This document shows positions 62,001 through 64,000 of a DNA stretch of 64,000 bases, piece by piece (positions within the stretch are counted from its first letter, which is position 1; each line of letters starts with the position of its first letter). Source of the stretch: Candidatus Poseidoniales archaeon (lineage in GTDB: Archaea > Thermoplasmatota > Poseidoniia > Poseidoniales > Poseidoniaceae); assembly GCA_009887195.1 (NCBI GenBank), contig QXXX01000087.1:2407-66406 (forward strand). Reading direction: 5' to 3'. Made by a program: the position numbers and the translations under genes. The notes beneath the pieces were generated by a model that saw nothing but the letters and a program-made list of their open reading frames with translations, was not told the origin of the DNA and made no database searches.

Positions 62001-64000
62001 CCGTCATCAACTGGATAGTACGGCCTGTAGAATGAGTCTGTTTGGTCGAAATCAACTACTCCACAATTTCCATCATCAGGATCATACAAGTCTGAAAGTC
62101 CGTCATTATCATCATCCCAATCAATGCTGTTCTCTAGGCCGTCGCCGTCAATATCAGAGTCTATATTGTTAGGTCCATCATCTCGATAAAGCCCTCCATT
62201 GATTAATTGCAAATCATTATCGTTGTCAAAATCACAGTCCCAATCAATATCCAATAAATCGATTATTCCATCGCCGTCATCATCAATATCGTCCCAGTTA
62301 GAGATTCCGTCGCCGTCCCAGTCATTGAATAATGAAAAAGAGGCACGGCGTGTAGTACAGCGAGGATCCGGATTTGCTGGAATTGGGTTGGCTTGTGTTG
62401 GGCAGTTCCATGCTGCTACGTCTGCACTTGAGTCAAGTGGATATGAGTCGTTTTCGTTTTGTATTTGATCATCATCTAAATCGTATTCAAAGTTTGCTTG
62501 GTCACCACTGACAGCAATATTAGCTAAATTATCTGGGTTTGGGGTGCCGCCCATGTCTGGGTCTAACCAATCATACACTGCGTTATAGTTTTGATCAAAT
62601 GGCCTGAGTCTGTCGTCATCAAGGTCGCCGTCATAATCAATTTCACAATCTAGGCCTGCGATACCGTCAGTATCGCCACCGGGAGTTTGGTAAGAGCCTG
62701 AGTCATTATTTCTATTATAATCGTTAAGGCCATCGTTATTGAAATCTACAACAACGCAAACATCTGGAATTCCGTCGTTGTCATCATCCGGGTCAGACAT
62801 ATCTAAAATTAAGTCATTATCATCATCAGTATCAGAGCTGTCTGGAAGGCCATCATTATCATTATCTGGATCGATGAAATTCGGAATACCATCACCGTCA
62901 AGATCTCCGTCGAAAATTTGAGTAAACGCTGGAGTCCCTTGTGTGGTTATTGTTGCATCTTCAAATAGCGGGTAGAAGCCTGAAGCAGTTGCTAATGGGC
63001 CATTGACTCTGTTTTGTTCCCAAACAAGATAATCTACACCGCCAGAATAAGCCAGGTAATCATTGGCTAACCATTCGACTGGTGCGTCAAATAGGTTGCC
63101 TGCTTGTGCGTGAGTTAATGCTTGAGTTGAATCGTATGGAAATGCATCTTCGATGTCTGGTAAACCGTCACCATCATCATCCTCATCAAAATAATCTTGA
63201 ATACCATCGTTATCTAAATCGCAAGGCCACTTAAATTGGTCAATACGGCCATCGTTATCATCGTCTTCGTCGTATCTATCTGAACCTGAGCCATCACTAT
63301 CCTCGTCAGTTACTCCGTCATTGTCGTGATCCATTGGGTTCTGGTCTGCCAAGTAGGTATTACCAACTGGTTGGTTGGTCCATGGGTGAATGAGCCCTGG
63401 GTCAAGATATCGGTCAGTACTAACATTGATCGGATCGTACCCTTGAGCCTCTAATGCATCGATATCTAATGGCCCCTCTAAGATGCCGTCATTGTCATCA
63501 TCCCAATCATCAACATCTGGAACACCATCATTGTCGTGGTCTAGTGGGTCGGTTCCATAGCATCCGTCAAATCTCTCAAGGAGATCGTAAATTCCGTCAT
63601 TATCATCGTCAAGATCATTCAAATCATTAATTCCATCGTTATCGTGGTCATCTTTATTGGATTCTTCTAGGAATAGAGAATATGACTCAGAAAGCGCAAG
63701 AATTGCCGACATGTCGTTGATTACTCCTGAAGACACTCCCGGGTCAGTCCACATTATGTCAAACAAAGCAGGATGTGGTTGAGGGGGAACTTGGTTGTAG
63801 TCAACTAATGTTCCCTGTCCAGATACATCGCCTCCTTGAGTAACTGCTTCCGGCTTTAATAACTCGCCATCAGAAAATATACTGTAGCTTGTTGCTGATT
63901 CATCCTCTGCAGGCTCGGTAGCTAACAAGGAAAGAGTAGTGCTTGAAATCATTAGGAATATCATCAATAATGAAAGCGTAAATTTACGACGTTTTTCTGA
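56036..64000 (-). CDS. Giant surface protein (>2650 aa, N-terminus runs off the window): TSP3-type Ca-binding repeat region, beta-sandwich region, TM helix, cytoplasmic DUF4129-like tail
   Basis: The frame stays open to nt 64000 (SEKRRKFTLSLLMIFLMISSTTLSLLA is a signal peptide lacking its start). Dozens of DxDxDGxxDxxD units are present. TM helix MALAILLMALFIGGILYY at about 56524-56580. The 162-aa tail carries YETTREFEAAV...LTIFEEARYSDHTID. Confidence 0.8.
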   Translation of the reverse strand, partial: SEKRRKFTLSLLMIFLMISSTTLSLLATEPAEDESATSYSIFSDGELLKPEAVTQGGDVSGQGTLVDYNQVPPQPHPALFDIMWTDPGVSSGVINDMSAILALSESYSLFLEESNKDDHDNDGINDLNDLDDDNDGIYDLLERFDGCYGTDPLDHDNDGVPDVDDWDDDNDGILEGPLDIDALEAQGYDPINVSTDRYLDPGLIHPWTNQPVGNTYLADQNPMDHDNDGVTDEDSDGSGSDRYDEDDDNDGRIDQFKWPCDLDNDGIQDYFDEDDDGDGLPDIEDAFPYDSTQALTHAQAGNLFDAPVEWLANDYLAYSGGVDYLVWEQNRVNGPLATASGFYPLFEDATITTQGTPAFTQIFDGDLDGDGIPNFIDPDNDNDGLPDSSDTDDDNDLILDMSDPDDDNDGIPDVCVVVDFNNDGLNDYNRNNDSGSYQTPGGDTDGIAGLDCEIDYDGDLDDDRLRPFDQNYNAVYDWLDPDMGGTPNPDNLANIAVSGDQANFEYDLDDDQIQNENDSYPLDSSADVAAWNCPTQANPIPANPDPRCTTRRASFSLFNDWDGDGISNWDDIDDDGDGIIDLLDIDWDCDFDNDNDLQLINGGLYRDDGPNNIDSDIDGDGLENSIDWDDDNDGLSDLYDPDDGNCGVVDFDQTDSFYRPYYPVDDGGDLDGSEDGQGYSVNASDYWNLVFQHHPFESMMLNYNGYDATTQPVTPGEVPEFYWFLMARWNSRNGGNEWDIDTDGDSLINGLDTDQDGDGMPNWWDQDEGNDGIMDIDDPKMGGTFNLSTCGYTAGNFATGFSCGYTYAFAYQMPLNGVNAQLGLPFATRPDLGLDQGQTAGGPSNNWSCTPGAQGGCYHYDYGGDGTIDAGITYSQIADSRDAFIVWLGLTLGVQGWSWNSDTGPVQDFPDEMGADIVANEVDEDIDGDSFNNTLDIDDDADGVYDWFDVDDDNDGIWDYFDMDTNDDLDDDANITLPQGSSFFTGTNCNDNDDDGNDADADDDGFFQAVWDRGEMTQGYQNPRFYDVDNDNDGVPDAEDYDDDNNGIDDWTQELLPGCFSGEEQSPWDHDNDNISNWADNDWDGDGLDNLVELAGPLGIVGPFDHDNDGLRDDLDLDDDQDGMEDKDENLVWPIRFDRNSTNPWDHDDFGDGEALANPLDPSTGPDAIDNDDDNDTRIDPDFDHLEDGEVSDPCYNGAESSDWDFDNDCLLDDDDKSPTFITLNAPDKLWIDAKTPQRFTGHVDWINPVTSQFEPAPNVPIQINIEWANNGTKAIESIYIPTNNFGNFTYNQYIYPEMLTVGDSSTYRVYAEVTELFAFNGNQSQSYLMGAEANLTANIAPIGAFKSSEQPFKVDFWAHYTADTDRGDYTKLISNIPITFTVRGGPFGNLSSPTNFSGLDGNGYRTDNRGFASVTFVQDVGISGTWRQIRLNASLDNGVGQLPGGYEEIIWDDLTKRHIVVTDANGDPVTGDFTSLYTNTTLPAGDYQVTGQVLPELASEWPFPYLYGDNTEPENVRVMHRMNIDGTMYLPGTNPVYYFDGTINNGDGTFGNWATLFHADALTNAGLNFNEVSAIKPYPTNWDGNPASLSGEAALLRPFIAVDGDDWAISLVNAGNSNLPPCGAVDPTDPNSQVRCEIVPEMNTGESYRVVGTVTNRTLAPWVDDPITLQIDIDGNGQFIGQQETQFTSKPTQACSTCDAVYDYNFTWLSQYPAKTYGTRVDFTNSAFYFTGNTSTLSPTGAYINITVIGTTDFQMTSTPRLYRNTSTVIQAKLVDNSLQPVRNAPVNYTWSFDGRTGVNYTDDNGFFEVPFTINSTDSLGNFSLEFEYPGSKLLKGSAVNQYIWVISRTNITVTDLLPRQVQEEFGNFRKSGDSWNFVAQITDDGANDPSITPVNLNGAEAPSGGLVDVIFEGTDFQGVTYRQLVATIAPLGAGQLTLPQPIPGSGDSHLCYFDGNNDEFSDWDTDQDGVVSREESVGCLRADISPLTPAKLSNDPAGFLPDGFGPVNVILRYEESLPNEGCQPFADELDFRTLGGAWDPCTFVPNNEKYRIFMPNIENGFNLIGTTYIDAPDEEIVYTGEFDIQTQQYEDKPMVLTGRLYDELGNNLSNRVVSAQYTMKNDPDNQITKCNDVRTDESGTFVIECDIEGVQAGQADINIIYSALNTANRDQYRYKSKTLPLTYQIFSNSTLSITDVGPFKSTTDKWLAPNGTEYYRLFLKESFHIDAILKQSNGDPVGDKCLNLYLDPEENIRPIARIRTSQALDDRGTITWFSGDPLQNPTLKGVETTGGKTEGFRVLRVAYEPTEDLSNYGGCARDADKSLNGSFMDVDILVRSRVDIQVQQTWSYRGDNGLSEGDAVIGEIALLRDRLDLAVENEEVFFLRQFYSNEGEWVTDGENRSTTNEQGIASFEWAFDGRTCGGQPCQGLWRIIAYYPGSTFFAPSQDNISHEIQWREPISVSADTGFFTPGNTMALAILLMALFIGGILYYQRSQARRQVQALRGILTDTMLQLEASNEFIAAIFDCYKNLVRHFRKYGFMKKVYETTREFEAAVRSAFEMVPSEQLDAFLTIFEEARYSDHTIDASHRDRAVATLGMILQSLTVALGEGMMVKRFDDVNLYDNQIKAGEFVAADGSVRQAGIVDGQDSNFKI
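60350..63652 (-). repeat. Coding low-complexity region: thrombospondin type-3-like Asp-rich repeats
   Basis: Recurrent GA(T/C)-rich codon runs (+ strand CCGTCATTATCATCATC-like) encode DHDNDGINDLNDLDDDNDGIYD, DHDNDGVPDVDDWDDDNDGILE and similar. They generate spurious alternative-frame ORFs such as 60736-61072. Confidence 0.85.

Noticed and set aside
60350-63652. Highly repetitive GAT/GAC-rich DNA that could be mistaken for a tandem-repeat or CRISPR-like array
   Set aside because: The repeats are in-frame codons for DxDxDG calcium-binding units inside one continuous 7.9-kb ORF. They show no constant repeat/spacer periodicity and there are no cas genes.

Overview
This window is a gene-dense chromosomal segment, roughly 95% coding by eye and about 40-45% GC by eye. 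I read it as archaeal.

The archaeal information-processing genes are unambiguous:
- TFB
- topoisomerase VI B+A
- an RFC-like clamp-loader subunit
- RNA polymerase subunits P (a 49-aa ORF missing from the supplied track) and N
- ribosomal proteins L18e/L13/S9
- Trm1
- GMP synthase subunit A
- two PAC2/Pba-type proteasome-chaperone homologues
- four tRNAs: Arg-CCT, Asp-GTC, Arg-GCG, Pro-GGG

These are interleaved with bacterial-type genes: the NAD-dependent ligase LigA, RNase HI, a PlsC-like acyltransferase and a GalU-like transferase.

About one third of the window (about 20 kb) is four very large minus-strand ORFs of 855, 1564, 1715 and over 2650 aa. They encode signal-peptide-bearing surface proteins anchored by a C-terminal TM helix, built from thrombospondin-type-3 Ca-binding repeats, beta-helix, VWA, propeller-like and Ig/PKD-like modules.

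This gene mix, together with the compaction, suggests a planktonic Thermoplasmatota lineage such as Marine Group II/Poseidoniales. That is inference only. I found no rRNA, CRISPR array, transposase or integrase.

Candidates worth follow-up:
1. A three-gene envelope operon (41586-45804). Its two secreted proteins share an unrecognised N-terminal Cys-x(1,3)-Cys-His domain, and they are coupled to a 5-TM protein.
2. A topoisomerase VI operon that continues into two TM-ectodomain-TM proteins and an ArsR-type regulator.
3. A class II aldolase/adducin-like protein that has lost a metal ligand and carries a 3 x 75-bp proline-rich tandem repeat.
4. A giant Ca-binding adhesin with a cytoplasmic DUF4129-like tail.

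All functional calls rest on motif recognition by eye. No database search was possible.
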